From Alphaproteobacteria bacterium (GTDB lineage: Bacteria > Pseudomonadota > Alphaproteobacteria > JAAXGF01): a stretch of 64,000 nucleotides of DNA. The position numbers and the translations under genes are program-made. The notes beneath the pieces are model-generated. The model searched no databases, was not told where the DNA came from, and was given only the letters and a program-made list of their open reading frames with translations. This document shows, piece by piece, positions 18,971 to 33,600 of this stretch (position 1 is the first letter of the stretch; each line of letters begins with the position of its first letter). The stretch is taken from the NCBI GenBank assembly GCA_963555825.3, contig CAUVXB020000002.1, positions 2,688,001-2,752,000 on the forward strand, given 5' to 3'.

Positions 18971-19709
18971 ACGGCTGCTCATCCTCGGCGGCACCGCCGA
19001 GGGCGCGGCGCTGGCGCGGGGCGCGGTCGGCTTCGCCGGCCTCACGGTCGTCAACTCGCTCGCTGGCCGCACCCGCGTGCCCGCTACGTTGCCGGGCGAA
19101 ACGCGCGTCGGCGGCTTCGGCGGCGCGCCGGCAATGGCCGAATATCTCCGCGCAACGGGCACGACACTGGTGGTCGACGCGACCCACCCTTACGCCGCGG
19201 CGATTTCGCACAATGCGGCCGAGGCCTGCGCCGCCGCGGCGGTGCCGCGCCTCATGCTGGTCCGCGCCGCTTGGACGCCCGAGCCGGGCGACGACTGGAT
19301 CGAGGTCGAAGACGCCGACGCGGCGGCGGCAAAGGTTGGCGAGGTCGGCACGCGCGCGTTTCTGACCATCGGCCGCAAGGAGATCGGTGTCTTCGCCGGC
19401 CTCGACGATGTCTGGTTCCTGGTTCGCGTCGTCGAGCCGCTCGAGGCGCCGCTGCCGCTCGCCCACGGCGAGGTCATCCACGGCCGCGGCCCATTCGACG
19501 TCGCCGACGAACGCGCGCTGCTCGCCGCGCACTGCATCGACGTGGTGATAGCCAAGAACAGCGGCGGCGCCGCGACCTACGCCAAGATCACCGCCGCGCG
19601 CGAGGCCGGTTTGCCCGTCATCATGATTAGGCGGCCGGCCTTGCCGGACGACGAGACCGTCGACGACGTGGCGGCGGCGCTAATCTGGATCGAAAACCAT
19701 CTAGCCTAG
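18963..19709 (+). CDS. cobK: Precorrin-6A/cobalt-precorrin-6A reductase
   Basis: ILGGTAE, RVGGFGG, VDATHPYA, RGPF, KNSGG. Confidence 0.95.
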   Translation: MAERLLILGGTAEGAALARGAVGFAGLTVVNSLAGRTRVPATLPGETRVGGFGGAPAMAEYLRATGTTLVVDATHPYAAAISHNAAEACAAAAVPRLMLVRAAWTPEPGDDWIEVEDADAAAAKVGEVGTRAFLTIGRKEIGVFAGLDDVWFLVRVVEPLEAPLPLAHGEVIHGRGPFDVADERALLAAHCIDVVIAKNSGGAATYAKITAAREAGLPVIMIRRPALPDDETVDDVAAALIWIENHLA

Positions 19710-19733
19710 CCTGACGTTTGTTAGTCGGGAATC

Positions 19734-19808
19734 AATGGGGTCAGACACCATTTATCTACATGATTTAAATGAATACTCGTGAATTTATAAAGATGTCTGA
19801 CACCGATT
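19734..19808. repeat. Inverted doublet of GGKGTCAGACAYC short palindromes (REP-like, second type)
   Basis: AATGGGGTCAGACACCATT and GATGTCTGACACCGATT around an AT-rich spacer. Confidence 0.5.
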
Positions 19809-19867
19809 TGAGAGACATCTTTTTTGGCGGGAAACTGCGGCATGTTGCGCCTCGACGTCGGTCGGGC

Positions 19868-20632
19868 CTAGCCCCTGCGCTTCGGTCGCAACAGGTGCAC
19901 GTGGTCGGGATCGTAGAGCTTGCTTTCGGCGTGGCCGCGCGCGCCGAGCACGTGGCCGACCAGCACCAGCGCGGTGCGTGTGATCTTGGCGGCGCGGACC
20001 TTTTGGCGTATATCGGAAAGGGTGCCGCGGATGACCTGTTCGTCGGGCCAGCTCGCGCGGTAGACGACGCAGACCGGGCAGTCGGCGCCGTAATGCGGCG
20101 TCAGCGCTCGCGTGACGTGTCTGAGATTGCGCACCGAAAGATGAATCGCGAGCGTCGCGCCCGAGGCGCCGAGGCTCGCCAGCTCCTCGCCCGGCGGCAT
20201 CGCAGACGACTTCATCGCGGTGCGCGTCAGGATTACGGTCTGGCTGATATCGGGCAGCGTCAGCTCGGCGCCGAGCACCGCCGCGGCGGCGGCGTAAGCC
20301 GGCACGCCGGGCGTCACGTCATAGGCGATGCCGCGCGCGTCGAGCCGCTGCATCTGTTCGCCGATCGCGCCGTAGAGCGATGGATCGCCCGAATGGACGC
20401 GCGCGACGTCGCGGCCGGCGGCGTCGGCGGCGACCATTTCGTCGATGATCTCGTCCAACGTCATTGGCGCCGTGTCGATGACGCGTGCGGCGGCCGGCGC
20501 CATCGCGACGACGGCGGCGGGCACCAGCGAGCCGGCGTAGAGGCAGACCGGGCAGCGCGCGATCAGGTCGTGGCCGCGCAGCGTGATCAGGTCGGCCGCG
20601 CCCGGTCCGGCGCCGATGAAGTGGACGGTCAC
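19868..20632 (-). CDS. cobM: Precorrin-4 C11-methyltransferase
   Basis: GTG start; [39 protein letters not shown]. Confidence 0.95.
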   Translation of the reverse strand: MTVHFIGAGPGAADLITLRGHDLIARCPVCLYAGSLVPAAVVAMAPAAARVIDTAPMTLDEIIDEMVAADAAGRDVARVHSGDPSLYGAIGEQMQRLDARGIAYDVTPGVPAYAAAAAVLGAELTLPDISQTVILTRTAMKSSAMPPGEELASLGASGATLAIHLSVRNLRHVTRALTPHYGADCPVCVVYRASWPDEQVIRGTLSDIRQKVRAAKITRTALVLVGHVLGARGHAESKLYDPDHVHLLRPKRRG

Positions 20633-22410
20633 GGCTTCGCCTGGTAGCCGCGCGGCGTGTAGACCCAGACGCCGCCATCGCCGCGTTCGATGCGCCGCGT
20701 CGCCGACGAGCCGATCAGAACCAGCGTCAGCATGTCGGCGTCGGCGGATGTCAGCGCGCCGAGCGTGACGACGCGCAAGCTCTCGCCGTCGCGCCCCAGG
20801 TTGCGGGCGAGCACCACGGGGGTCTCGGCCGGCCGGTGGCCGAGCAGGATGTCGCGCGCGGACTCGAGCTGGTCGCGCCGCGCCGCCGAGACCGGATTGT
20901 AGAGCGCGACGACGAAGTCGGCCGCGGCGGCGGCACACAAGCGGCGCTCGATGGCCGGCCAGGGGGTCAGCAGGTCCGAGAGCGAGACGGCGCAGAAGTC
21001 GTGGCCCAAGGGCGCGCCGATGCGCGCCGCCGCCGCCTGCATCGCCGTGATGCCGGGCGCTACCGTGACGGCGATTCGATGCCAGTCGCCGCGCTGTGCG
21101 CGCTCGATCAGCTCGAAGACCAGCGCCGCCATGGCGTAGATGCCGGCGTCGCCCGACGAGACCAGCGCGACGCGATGTCCCGCCGCCGCCAGATCGAGCG
21201 CATGGCGGCAGCGCGTCTCCTCCGCGCCGAGCGGGAAGTCGTGGCGCTGCTTGCCGTCCGCGAGCGGTCCCAGGAGATCGAGGTAGAGCCCGTAGCCGAC
21301 CAGATCGGACGCTCCCCGGATCGCCGCCTCTGCCTCGGGCGTGCGCCAGTCCGCCGCGCCGGGCCCGATGCCGACGATCGCGAGTTCGCCGCGCGGGCGA
21401 CCGACCTCGCCGATGATCGCCGGGCTGCGCGCGACGGCGCAGGTCGCGCGCCGTGACGTCCGCTTGGGCGCCACCAGCTCGCCATCCGGGCCCGCCGCGG
21501 CGAGCGCCGCGCCCTCGGCGACGCCGTGGGCGCCGACCTCGTTGAACACCACGTCCGACGGGTTGGCGAGCCGCGGCGTCTCGGCCTCGAGCGTCGCGGC
21601 GTCGAAGAAACTCGCGGCAACGCCGAGGGCGGCGGCGACGGCATGAACGGCCGGTTCGTCGGCCTTGAGGTCGATCGAGTAGACGCCGGCCACCGCGCCC
21701 GCCGCGAGGTCCGCGTCGGCCAGCGTCTTGAGCGCCAAGCCGACCAGCTCGTCGGGCGCGGCGCCGCGTTCGCAGCCGACGCCGAGCGCGAGCGTCGCCG
21801 GGTGATAGACGAGGCGGTCGGGCGCGCCGGTCTCGGCGTTCACGGTCACCGAAATCGACAGCCGGCCGTCGGCCGCGAACGGCAGCCCGCTGTCGGCGAG
21901 CCAGGGCGCGTCGCCCTCGAGGCTGAGCGTCGCGCCGGCCAACAGTTCGGCGCTGAACGGCTTGACATCGGCCGGATTGGCCAGCCGCCAGCCGGCCGGC
22001 GGCGCATCGAGGGCGACGCCGAAGCGCAGATCGCCCGCCGTCGTCACGGCGGCGGCGACGTCGAGCGTCCCGGCAATCGCGTGGGCGAGTTCGTTGGCGC
22101 CGTGGTGGCCGCCGAGCAGCGGCACGACGGCGCTGGCGTCCTCGGCGACGGCGACGACCGGCGGCTCGGCGGTCTTGTCGCGCAACAGGGGCGCCAACGC
22201 GCGGATCAACACCCCCGCGGCGCAGACGCCGACGATCGGCACCTCGGCGGCGAACAGCGCGCGCAGGTGATCGGCGGTGCGCTCGAAGGACACGTCAGCC
22301 CCGTCGACGCGCCCCGCGAAGCCGTGCAGGCGGGCGCCGTCGAGCGCCCCGGCGACACGCCGGGCCGTCGCCAGACCGCTCGAGCCGAGCACGATGATGG
22401 CCGCGCTCAT
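20629..22410 (-). CDS. cobJ: CbiG-CobJ fusion (cobalt-precorrin-5A hydrolase + precorrin-3B C17-methyltransferase)
   Basis: N-terminal [33 protein letters not shown]; C-terminal [37 protein letters not shown]. Confidence 0.94.
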   Translation of the reverse strand: MSAAIIVLGSSGLATARRVAGALDGARLHGFAGRVDGADVSFERTADHLRALFAAEVPIVGVCAAGVLIRALAPLLRDKTAEPPVVAVAEDASAVVPLLGGHHGANELAHAIAGTLDVAAAVTTAGDLRFGVALDAPPAGWRLANPADVKPFSAELLAGATLSLEGDAPWLADSGLPFAADGRLSISVTVNAETGAPDRLVYHPATLALGVGCERGAAPDELVGLALKTLADADLAAGAVAGVYSIDLKADEPAVHAVAAALGVAASFFDAATLEAETPRLANPSDVVFNEVGAHGVAEGAALAAAGPDGELVAPKRTSRRATCAVARSPAIIGEVGRPRGELAIVGIGPGAADWRTPEAEAAIRGASDLVGYGLYLDLLGPLADGKQRHDFPLGAEETRCRHALDLAAAGHRVALVSSGDAGIYAMAALVFELIERAQRGDWHRIAVTVAPGITAMQAAAARIGAPLGHDFCAVSLSDLLTPWPAIERRLCAAAAADFVVALYNPVSAARRDQLESARDILLGHRPAETPVVLARNLGRDGESLRVVTLGALTSADADMLTLVLIGSSATRRIERGDGGVWVYTPRGYQAKP

Positions 22411-23111
22411 TGCCAGGCGTCGCCGCGGCGATGGACCAGGACCATCGAGAAATAGGGCGCCGTTTCGTCGTCGACCTGGTCGAGGCGCAGGATGCGTTGG
22501 CTCGCCATGGTCGCGTGCTCGACGTAGCGCGCGTTCTCGGCCAGGCCGAGTTCGTCGAGCACCCGGCGCAGCTTGGCGAAGTGACGGCCGACCTTGATGA
22601 TCGCCGCGGCGTCGCACGCCGCGATGCGCGCCTTGAGATCATCGGCCTCGATCGGTGCCGGGATGATGCTGAGCACGTCGTTGCGCGCGGCGAGCGGCGC
22701 GCCGAGCGTCGTCGAGCACGCCATCAGCGACGAGACGCCGGGCACCACCTCGACCGGGTAACGCTCGACCATGCGGCCGAACAGATACATGAACGAGCCG
22801 TAAAAGAACGGGTCACCCTCGCAGATCGCCGCGACGTCGCGCCCGGCCTCGAGGTGACCGCCGATCTCGGTTGCCGCCGCGTCGTAGACGTCCTGGGCCG
22901 GAAAGCGTTCGGCGACCATTGGGATGCGGATGGCGATCTCGGTCTGGCCGCCCGGCAGGTGGGCGGCGACGATGGCGCGCACCAGGCTGTCGCCGTCGGC
23001 CGGCGCCGGATAGGCGATGACCGGCGCGGCGCGCAACAGACGCAGCGCCTTGACCGTGATCAGCTCGGGATCGCCCGGGCCGACGCCGAGGCCATAGAGC
23101 GTGCCGGTCAT
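22407..23111 (-). CDS. cobI: Precorrin-2 C20-methyltransferase
   Basis: LYGLGVGPGDPELITVKA, CEGDPFFYGSF, APYFS. Confidence 0.95.
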   Translation of the reverse strand: MTGTLYGLGVGPGDPELITVKALRLLRAAPVIAYPAPADGDSLVRAIVAAHLPGGQTEIAIRIPMVAERFPAQDVYDAAATEIGGHLEAGRDVAAICEGDPFFYGSFMYLFGRMVERYPVEVVPGVSSLMACSTTLGAPLAARNDVLSIIPAPIEADDLKARIAACDAAAIIKVGRHFAKLRRVLDELGLAENARYVEHATMASQRILRLDQVDDETAPYFSMVLVHRRGDAWQ

Positions 23112-24313
23112 GATTTGATCGCCGTCCACTGGGTGACCGCCATCAGCGCGCGCCAGCCCGACAAGGCGCCGAGCGGCTCGGCGCGCGACACGGCTATGCG
23201 CGCGAGTTCGCCGCCGAGCCGCTCGCGCCACTGGAACAGCGCCTGCTCGCCCTCGACGGTCACCACGTTGGCGACCAGCCGACCGCCGGGGCCGAGCGCC
23301 TGCCAGCAGGCCTCGACCAGCGTCTCGTCGGCCACGCCACCGCCGATGAACACGGCGCCGGGCGCCGCCAGGCCGTCCAACGCGGCCGGCGCGACGCCGG
23401 CGACGATCTCGAGCTGCGGGACGCCCAGCGTCGCCGCGTTGGTCTCGATCAGCGCGCGGCGCGCGGCGTCGTGCTCGATCGCGATGGCGCGGGCGTTTCG
23501 CGCGGCGCGCAGCCATTCGATGGCGATCGAGCCGCAGCCGGCGCCGACGTCCCACAAGAGCTGGCCCGGCGCGGGGCCGAGCGCGGCAAGCGTCGCGGCA
23601 CGCACCTCGCGCTTGGTGAGCTGGCCGTCATGCGCGAAGGCGTCGTCGGGCAGACCCGGCACGCGCGGCAGATGGGCCGCACCGGGCGCCGCGACGCACT
23701 CGACGGCGATGGTGTTGAGGTCGGCGATGCGGTCTTGCGTCCAGTCGGCAGCATGGGCCTCGACGCAGCGCTCGACCGTGCCGCCCATCTGCTCGAACGC
23801 CCACATTTGGCTTTCGCCATAGCCCCGGTCGCGGAGCGCCCGGGCGACCTGGCCAGGCGTCGCCCCGTCATTGCTCAGGATCAGCAGCCTGGCGCCGGGC
23901 TGGATGTGGCCGTTGATCAAGGCGAGCGGGCGGCCGTGCAGCGTCAGCGTCTCGACCTCGGCGAGCGGCCAACCGAGCCGCGCGCAGGCCAGGCTGAACG
24001 CCGAGGGCGCCGGCACGATGGTCATCTCGTCGATCGGCACACGCCGGGCCAGCGTGACGCCGATGCCGAAGAACATCGGATCGCCGGTCGCCAGCACGCA
24101 GACCGGCGTGCCGCGCAAGCCGGCGATCTCGTCGACCACGGCGTCGAGCGGCGTGCGCCAGCGAATGCGACGGCGGCCGTCGTCGGGCGCCATGGCGAGG
24201 TGGCGGTCGCCGCCGACCAGCACTTGCGCTCCATCGACGAGGGCGCGGGCGTCGACCGCGAGGCCGTCGAGGCCGTCCTCGCCGATGCCGACGATCGAGA
24301 GCCAGCGAGTCAC
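23108..24313 (-). CDS. cobL: Precorrin-6Y C5,15-methyltransferase (CbiE/CbiT)
   Basis: IVGIGEDG, ATGDPMFFGIG, GQLTKREVR, WDVGAGCGS. Confidence 0.95.
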   Translation of the reverse strand: MTRWLSIVGIGEDGLDGLAVDARALVDGAQVLVGGDRHLAMAPDDGRRRIRWRTPLDAVVDEIAGLRGTPVCVLATGDPMFFGIGVTLARRVPIDEMTIVPAPSAFSLACARLGWPLAEVETLTLHGRPLALINGHIQPGARLLILSNDGATPGQVARALRDRGYGESQMWAFEQMGGTVERCVEAHAADWTQDRIADLNTIAVECVAAPGAAHLPRVPGLPDDAFAHDGQLTKREVRAATLAALGPAPGQLLWDVGAGCGSIAIEWLRAARNARAIAIEHDAARRALIETNAATLGVPQLEIVAGVAPAALDGLAAPGAVFIGGGVADETLVEACWQALGPGGRLVANVVTVEGEQALFQWRERLGGELARIAVSRAEPLGALSGWRALMAVTQWTAIKS

Positions 24314-24927
24314 GGCGCCTCGCCCGCGGCGATCGCGTTGACCGCCGCCGCGGCGAGCGCGCTGCCGCCGCGCCGGCCCTTGAGCGTCAGGTAGGGGACG
24401 TCGATGTCGGCGTCGATCAGTGCCGCCTTCGACTCGGCGGCGCCGACGAAGCCGACTGGGAATGCGAGGATCGCGGCCGGTTTCGGGGCGCCCTCGGCGA
24501 GCCGCTCGATAAGCCGGAACAGCGCCGTCGGCGCGTTGCCGATGGCGACGACCGCGCCCGCGAGATGCGGCGTCCAGAGCTCGACCGCTGCGGCCGAGCG
24601 CGTCGTCGCCTGCGCGGCGGCGAGGTCCGCGACGCGCGGATCACCGAGCATGCAGATGACGTTCGCGTTGCCGATGATGCCCTCGGCGACCATTTGGGCG
24701 TCGGTGATCACCGGTGTGCCGGCCGCGATGGCGGCGCGCGCCTGGCCCACCACATCGCCCGACCAGGCGAGGTCGGCCGTGATGTCGGGCATGCCGCAGG
24801 CGTGCACCAGGCGCACGGCGACCTCGGCCAGTTCAGCGGGCAGGCCGCCGAGGTCGGCTTCGGCGCGCACGATGGCGAAGGAGCGCCGGTAGATCGCTTG
24901 CGGGTCGCGCAGATAGTCGAGCGTCAC
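24310..24927 (-). CDS. cobH: Precorrin-8X methylmutase
   Basis: IYRRSFA, TRSAAA, GNAPTAL, PVGFVGAAESK, GRRGGS. Confidence 0.96.
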   Translation of the reverse strand: MTLDYLRDPQAIYRRSFAIVRAEADLGGLPAELAEVAVRLVHACGMPDITADLAWSGDVVGQARAAIAAGTPVITDAQMVAEGIIGNANVICMLGDPRVADLAAAQATTRSAAAVELWTPHLAGAVVAIGNAPTALFRLIERLAEGAPKPAAILAFPVGFVGAAESKAALIDADIDVPYLTLKGRRGGSALAAAAVNAIAAGEAP

Positions 24928-24933
24928 GGCGGG

Positions 24934-25929
24934 TTACGCTCCGTTTTTCTTCATGCTGACCGGTCCGAGCGGGTGGTCGGCGTGCGGGTAGGGGTGGTGG
25001 CCGTGGTCGTGGCTGTGGCCATGGTCATGGCCGTGGCCGTGGCCGGCGCCGACGCCGACGCCGATGCCTTCGACGTGGTGGTGATGGCTTTCCTGCTTGA
25101 GGCCGACCTCGTCCTCGAAGCCGAGCACCTGCTCGCGGTACTTGCAGAGCTGGCAGTTCATGGCGTTCGCCCCAGCCAGGATCTCCTCGACCCGCTCGGC
25201 GAAGGCGTCGAGCACCAGGGGGTGGTCGTTGAGGTAGGGCGCCTTGATGAACTCGATGTCCAGATGCCGCGCCGCGACCCGGTCGGTGTAGTGGTATATG
25301 CGCTGAACCAGGATGCCGGTGAACAGAAAATAGGGAAAGACGACGATGCGCCGGTAGCCGAGCCTGGCGGCGTGTTCGAGCGCCGGCTCGACGAGTGGGA
25401 ATGTGACGCCGGAGTACGCCGTCTCGGCCCAGCCGAAGCCGAGGCCCTCCCACAGCAAGCGGCAGACCTTCGAGATGTTCGAGTTGGCGTCTGGGTCCGA
25501 GGCGCCGCGGCCGACCACGACGAGCATCGTCTCGTCGCGCGGCACGTCGCCGCCGGCCGCCGCGAGCGCCTGCTCGACGCGGTCACCGGCGGCGCGGATC
25601 AACTTGTGGTCGATGCCGAGGTCGCGGCCGAAGATGATCTCGATGTCGGGGTGCCGCGCGGCATAGGTGTTGAGCACCGAGGGCACGTCGTTCTTGACGT
25701 GGCCGGCGGCGAACAGCATGCCGGGGATAGCGAGGATCTTCTTGACGCCGCGGCCGCGCAGCGCGTCGAGCCCGTCGCGGATGACAGGCGTGGCGAACTC
25801 GAGGAAACCGCTTTCGACGTCGTAGTGCGGCAGGCGCTGCTCGATGCCGCGGGCGACCGCCTGGAACTCGCCGACGGCGCCCGCGTCGCGGCTGCCGTGG
25901 CCGCACACCATCACTCCGGTCTTGGACAT
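24934..25929 (-). CDS. cbiX: CbiX sirohydrochlorin cobaltochelatase-like protein with MxCxxC motif and His-rich tail
   Basis: GHGSR, AGHVKND, GRGASDPDAN, PYFLFTG, MNCQLCKYR, His-rich C-terminus. Confidence 0.92.
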   Translation of the reverse strand: MSKTGVMVCGHGSRDAGAVGEFQAVARGIEQRLPHYDVESGFLEFATPVIRDGLDALRGRGVKKILAIPGMLFAAGHVKNDVPSVLNTYAARHPDIEIIFGRDLGIDHKLIRAAGDRVEQALAAAGGDVPRDETMLVVVGRGASDPDANSNISKVCRLLWEGLGFGWAETAYSGVTFPLVEPALEHAARLGYRRIVVFPYFLFTGILVQRIYHYTDRVAARHLDIEFIKAPYLNDHPLVLDAFAERVEEILAGANAMNCQLCKYREQVLGFEDEVGLKQESHHHHVEGIGVGVGAGHGHGHDHGHSHDHGHHPYPHADHPLGPVSMKKNGA

Positions 25930-25976
25930 GCTTTTCTCCTATGCCGCTTTGGCAATATGTTGAGAGACGCGCGCTA

Positions 25977-26258
25977 ATACCAAGGAGCAGTGATAAAGGC
26001 CCCTACAGATCGCGTCCGCTTTTCGCCGGTGAGGCAAGGGAGCCGCGGGCGATGCAGCGCATCGGCTAGGCAACCTGGCGCCCTCCGGCGATAAGCGGCC
26101 GCGACCCGAAGGGCGGCTTGCCGAGGCTCTCGCCCGCTATCAGACTGGCGGACGTCGTTGCGCCCATCTTGCGATGCGCTGCATCGCCGCGACGGGCGCG
26201 CCTAGCCGAGAACCACGGCAAGCCGTCTCTAGGGGTCTTTATCACTGCTCCTTGGTAT
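25977..26258. mobile_element. MITE, family B copy 1 (TA-flanked, IS630-like ends)
   Basis: TIR ATACCAAGGAGCAGTGATAAAG / CTTTATCACTGCTCCTTGGTAT; homologous to 46511-46810. Confidence 0.9.
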
Positions 26259-26302
26259 AAGGCGCGTGAACCGATTGTCGATGCAACGAGACGTTTCCCG
26301 AG

Positions 26303-27292
26303 ATGTTCATCGCCTGGCTGCCGCCATACAACGGCTTCACCGAACTCGTCGCGGTCATTCTCGCGGCCATGGCGCTCGACGTGCTGATCGGCGACCCGCC
26401 GTGGCTCTATCGCGTGGTGCCGCATCCGGTGGCCGCGATCGGGCGTTTGATCGGCGCACTCGACGAGCGCTGGAACGACGCGGCGTTGGGCGATGAAATC
26501 CGGCGCCAGCGTGGCGTCACGCTCGCCATCGTGGTCACCGCGGGCGCGTTCGCGCTCGCCTGGATCATCGGCTATGCGTTGGGCCAGATATCCTGGGGCT
26601 GGCTGCTCGAAGCGCTGCTGGCGAGCGCCTTGCTGTCGTTTCGCGGCCTCTACGACCATGTCCGCCGCGTCGCCGAGGCGCTCGAAGACGGGCTCGGCCC
26701 GGCGCAGACCGCGGTCGGCCATATCGTCGGGCGCGACCCGGCGAGCCTCGATGCGCATGGCGTCGTCCGCGCGGCGATCGAATCGACCGCCGAGAACTTC
26801 GCCGACGGCACCGTCGCGCCGGTCTTCTGGTACCTGGTATTGGGCCTGCCCGGCCTGGTCGCCTACAAGGCGATCAACACCATGGACAGCATGGTCGGCT
26901 ATCGCAGCGAACGTCACGAGACGTTCGGCCGGGCCGCCGCCAAGCTCGACGACGCGGTTAACTTCTGGACGTCGCGCCTCGCCGGGCTGCTGTTCGTGTT
27001 CGCCGCCTACGTACTGCCCGGCGCCGACGCGTCGGGAGCCTGGCGCGCCATGCGGCGCGACGCGCCCAAGCACCGTTCGCCCAACGCCGGCTGGCCCGAG
27101 GCTGCCGTCGCCGGCGCGCTCGGCCTGGCGATCGCCGGGCCGCGGCGCTATGGCACGCGGATCGTCGACGATCACTGGATGGGCGACGGCCGCAGGCAAG
27201 CGACCGCGGCAGACTTGCGCCGTGCGCTCGCGCTCTACCTCGCGGCCGGCGCGGCGCTGGCGCTCGCCGTCGCGATCACCGTGTTGCTCTAA
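26303..27292 (+). CDS. cobD: Adenosylcobinamide-phosphate synthase CobD/CbiB
   Basis: GDPPW..PHPV, IVGRD, AENFADG..AP, YKAINTMDSMVGY, SPNAGWPEA. Confidence 0.95.
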   Translation: MFIAWLPPYNGFTELVAVILAAMALDVLIGDPPWLYRVVPHPVAAIGRLIGALDERWNDAALGDEIRRQRGVTLAIVVTAGAFALAWIIGYALGQISWGWLLEALLASALLSFRGLYDHVRRVAEALEDGLGPAQTAVGHIVGRDPASLDAHGVVRAAIESTAENFADGTVAPVFWYLVLGLPGLVAYKAINTMDSMVGYRSERHETFGRAAAKLDDAVNFWTSRLAGLLFVFAAYVLPGADASGAWRAMRRDAPKHRSPNAGWPEAAVAGALGLAIAGPRRYGTRIVDDHWMGDGRRQATAADLRRALALYLAAGAALALAVAITVLL

Positions 27293-27303
27293 GCGCACGA
27301 CAC

Positions 27304-27932
27304 TCAAAACTCGATGCCTTTCTGCGCCTTCACGCCGGCGCGGAACGGGTGCTTGATCATGGTCATCTCGGTGACCAGATCGGCGGCCTCGATCAGCGGC
27401 TCCTTGGCGTTGCGCCCGGTGACCACGACGTGGAGATCGGCGGGCCTGTTCGCCAGCGCCTCGACGACCTCGTCGAGCGGCAGATAATCGTAGCGCAGCA
27501 CGATGTTCAGCTCGTCGAGAATGACCATGTCGTAAGCCGGCTCGGGCCCGCGCGACGCCTCGATCATTTCCCGCGAGACGGCCCAGGCCCGCTCGGCGGC
27601 GGCGATGTCGCGCGCGCGGTCCTGGGTCTCCCAAGTGAAGCCCTCGCCCATGGTGCGGATCGTCACCTGATCGGGGAAGTGCTCCAGGACGCCGCGCTCG
27701 CCGGTCTGCCACTTGCCCTTGACGAACTGGACGATACCGACCTTCATGCCGTTGCCGAGCGCGCGCACGGCAAGCCCGAAGGCCGCCGTCGACTTGCCCT
27801 TGCCCTTGCCGGTGTGGACGATCAAGAGGCCCTTCTCGATCGTCTTCGTGGCCAGGATCTTGTCGCGCGCCGCCTTGCGCTTGACCGCCTTCTCGTTGGC
27901 GCGGCGGTTGACCTCGGCTTCGGTCGGATCGC

Positions 27933-27936
<4 letters not shown>
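27304..27936 (-). CDS. cobO: Cob(I)yrinic acid a,c-diamide adenosyltransferase
   Basis: HTGKGKGKSTAAFG, QFVKG, GEGFTW, TGRNA, KGIEF. Confidence 0.97.
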
Positions 27937-31676
<3,740 letters not shown>

Positions 31677-31688
31677 GGCGCGCCCGAC

Positions 31689-32717
31689 TTAAGCCTTGAG
31701 CGCCGCGGTGATGGCGGCGGCGTCGAGGCCGCGCTCGCCGATCACCACGAGGCGGCTGACGCGCGGCTCGCCGGCCCGCCAGTCGCGGTCGTAGTAGTGC
31801 TGCAGGCGGCTACCGACGCCCTGGACCAAGAGGCGCATGTCCTTGCCGTCGACCGCGACGAAGCCCTTGATGCGCAGGATGTCGTGTTCGGCGACGATCG
31901 GCGCGAGGCGCTCGATCAGGCCCTCGGGCGTCGCCACCGGATCGAAGGCGACGACGAAGCTCTCGAAGTCGTCGTGCTCGTGGTCGTCGAGGCCGTCGTG
32001 CACCGACGGCCGGGCGTCGAGGTCGTCCTCGGCCGCCGCGCCGAGGCCCAAGAGCACGTCGGCGTCGATCGCGCCGTGGCGCGCGCGCACCGTCTTGACC
32101 GCCGGGCGGAGCCGCGCCGCGACGTCGCGGCTGACGCGTTCGAGATCGTCGGCGTCCATCAGATCGGTCTTGTTGAGCACCACCATGTCGGCGCAGGCGA
32201 GCTGGTCCTCGTAGAGCTCCTCCAAGGGCGCGTCATGGTCGAGCATCGGGTCGGCGGCGCGCTGGGCGGCGACGGCCGCCGGGTCGTCGGCGAAGCGGCC
32301 CTCGGCGACGGCGGCGCAGTCGATCACCGTGATCACCCCGTCGACCGTCAGGCGGGTGCGGATCTCGGGCCAGTTGAAGGCCCGCACCAAGGGTTTCGGC
32401 AACGCCAGGCCGGAGGTCTCGATGACGATGTGGTCGGGCTTGTCGTCGCGCGCCAGCAGCGCCTCGATGGTCGGCACGAAGTCGTCGGCGACGGTGCAGC
32501 AGATGCAGCCGTTGGCGAGTTCGACGATGTCCTGGCAGCTCTCGTTGCCGCAGGCCTCGAGCACCTCGCCGTCGACGCCGAGGTCGCCGAACTCGTTGAT
32601 GATCAGCGCCAGCTTCCTGCCGTTCGCGGTCGCCAACAGATGGCGGATCATGCTGGTCTTGCCGGCGCCGAGGAAGCCGGTGATTACCGTGGTGGGTATT
32701 TTCGCGGTCGAGCTCAT
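31689..32717 (-). CDS. cobW: Cobalamin biosynthesis GTPase CobW
   Basis: ITGFLGAGKT, NGCICCTVADDF, ETSGLALPKP, HEHDDFES. Confidence 0.96.
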   Translation of the reverse strand: MSSTAKIPTTVITGFLGAGKTSMIRHLLATANGRKLALIINEFGDLGVDGEVLEACGNESCQDIVELANGCICCTVADDFVPTIEALLARDDKPDHIVIETSGLALPKPLVRAFNWPEIRTRLTVDGVITVIDCAAVAEGRFADDPAAVAAQRAADPMLDHDAPLEELYEDQLACADMVVLNKTDLMDADDLERVSRDVAARLRPAVKTVRARHGAIDADVLLGLGAAAEDDLDARPSVHDGLDDHEHDDFESFVVAFDPVATPEGLIERLAPIVAEHDILRIKGFVAVDGKDMRLLVQGVGSRLQHYYDRDWRAGEPRVSRLVVIGERGLDAAAITAALKA

Positions 32718-33277
32718 GGGCGGGCCTCGGGTGACTTGAGGTGAAGCGGCAGGCCGGCCGCGATGAAGACGACCGATTGGGCGGCCACCGCGATGGCTTG
32801 GTTGAGCCGCCCGGCGGCGTCGCGGAAGGCGCGCGCCAGCGCGTTGTCGGGCACGATGCCGAGGCCGACTTCGTTGGACACCATGACGACCGGGCCGGTG
32901 AGGGTGGGCAGCGCATCGCTCAACGCCGCGGTCTCGGCGTCGACGTCGCGCCCGGCGTCGATCAGGTTGGCGAGCCAGAGCGTCAGACAGTCGACCAGGA
33001 CGGCGCGGTCGGCGGCGGCGTTGTCGCGCAGCCCGGCGACCAGCTCGAGCGGCGCCTCGACGGTGTGCCAGCGGTTGACGCGGCGCGCGCGGTGATCGGC
33101 GATGCGGGCGGCCATCTCGGCGTCGCGCGCCTCGGCCGTCGCCAGATAGACGCAGGCGCCATCGACGCAGGCGCCCGGCTGGCTCTCGACCAGGCGCTCG
33201 GCGAACCGGCTCTTGCCTGAACGGGCGCCGCCCAACACGAGCGTCAGGCGCGGCAGCGCGGCGGTGGTCGCGGACAT
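32714..33277 (-). CDS. cobU: Bifunctional adenosylcobinamide kinase / guanylyltransferase (CobU/CobP)
   Basis: GGARSGKS, DCLTLW, VSNEVGLGIVP, FRDAAG. Confidence 0.96.
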   Translation of the reverse strand: MSATTAALPRLTLVLGGARSGKSRFAERLVESQPGACVDGACVYLATAEARDAEMAARIADHRARRVNRWHTVEAPLELVAGLRDNAAADRAVLVDCLTLWLANLIDAGRDVDAETAALSDALPTLTGPVVMVSNEVGLGIVPDNALARAFRDAAGRLNQAIAVAAQSVVFIAAGLPLHLKSPEARP

Positions 33278-33314
33278 GGGCCGATCCTCCCTCCGAGGAC
33301 ATCGTTGCGTCGGC

Positions 33315-33472
33315 CTGAGGAAGTGTCCTGGCTCGGGGTCGTCGGCTCCGGCGCCTTCCCAACGCTTGCGCATCAGTGGCCGCTGCCGGAGCCTCGCCGC
33401 TTACAGTTGCGGGGGCAGCGCCGGCCTGGCCCCTTTCGGGGCGTCACCGGCTTCCTTCCATTCGGGCGCGGC
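33315..33472 (-). promoter_or_regulatory. Cobalamin riboswitch upstream of cobU-cobW-cobN-cobO
   Basis: Minus strand reads GGAAGCCGGTG..CCGGCGCTGCCCCCGCAACTGTAA..GCCACTG..GGGAAGG..GAGCCAGGACAC. Confidence 0.9.
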
Positions 33473-33600
33473 ACTCTAGCACGCGGCGTTCCGCCGGCAC
33501 CAGCGCGGCGTTGCGGAATCGGCGGGTGTTTCGGCTTGAAAATCGATGCGGCTCGAAAGCACGACGCGGACCCGAATGTCTTGTGTGGATGGCTCCCGCG

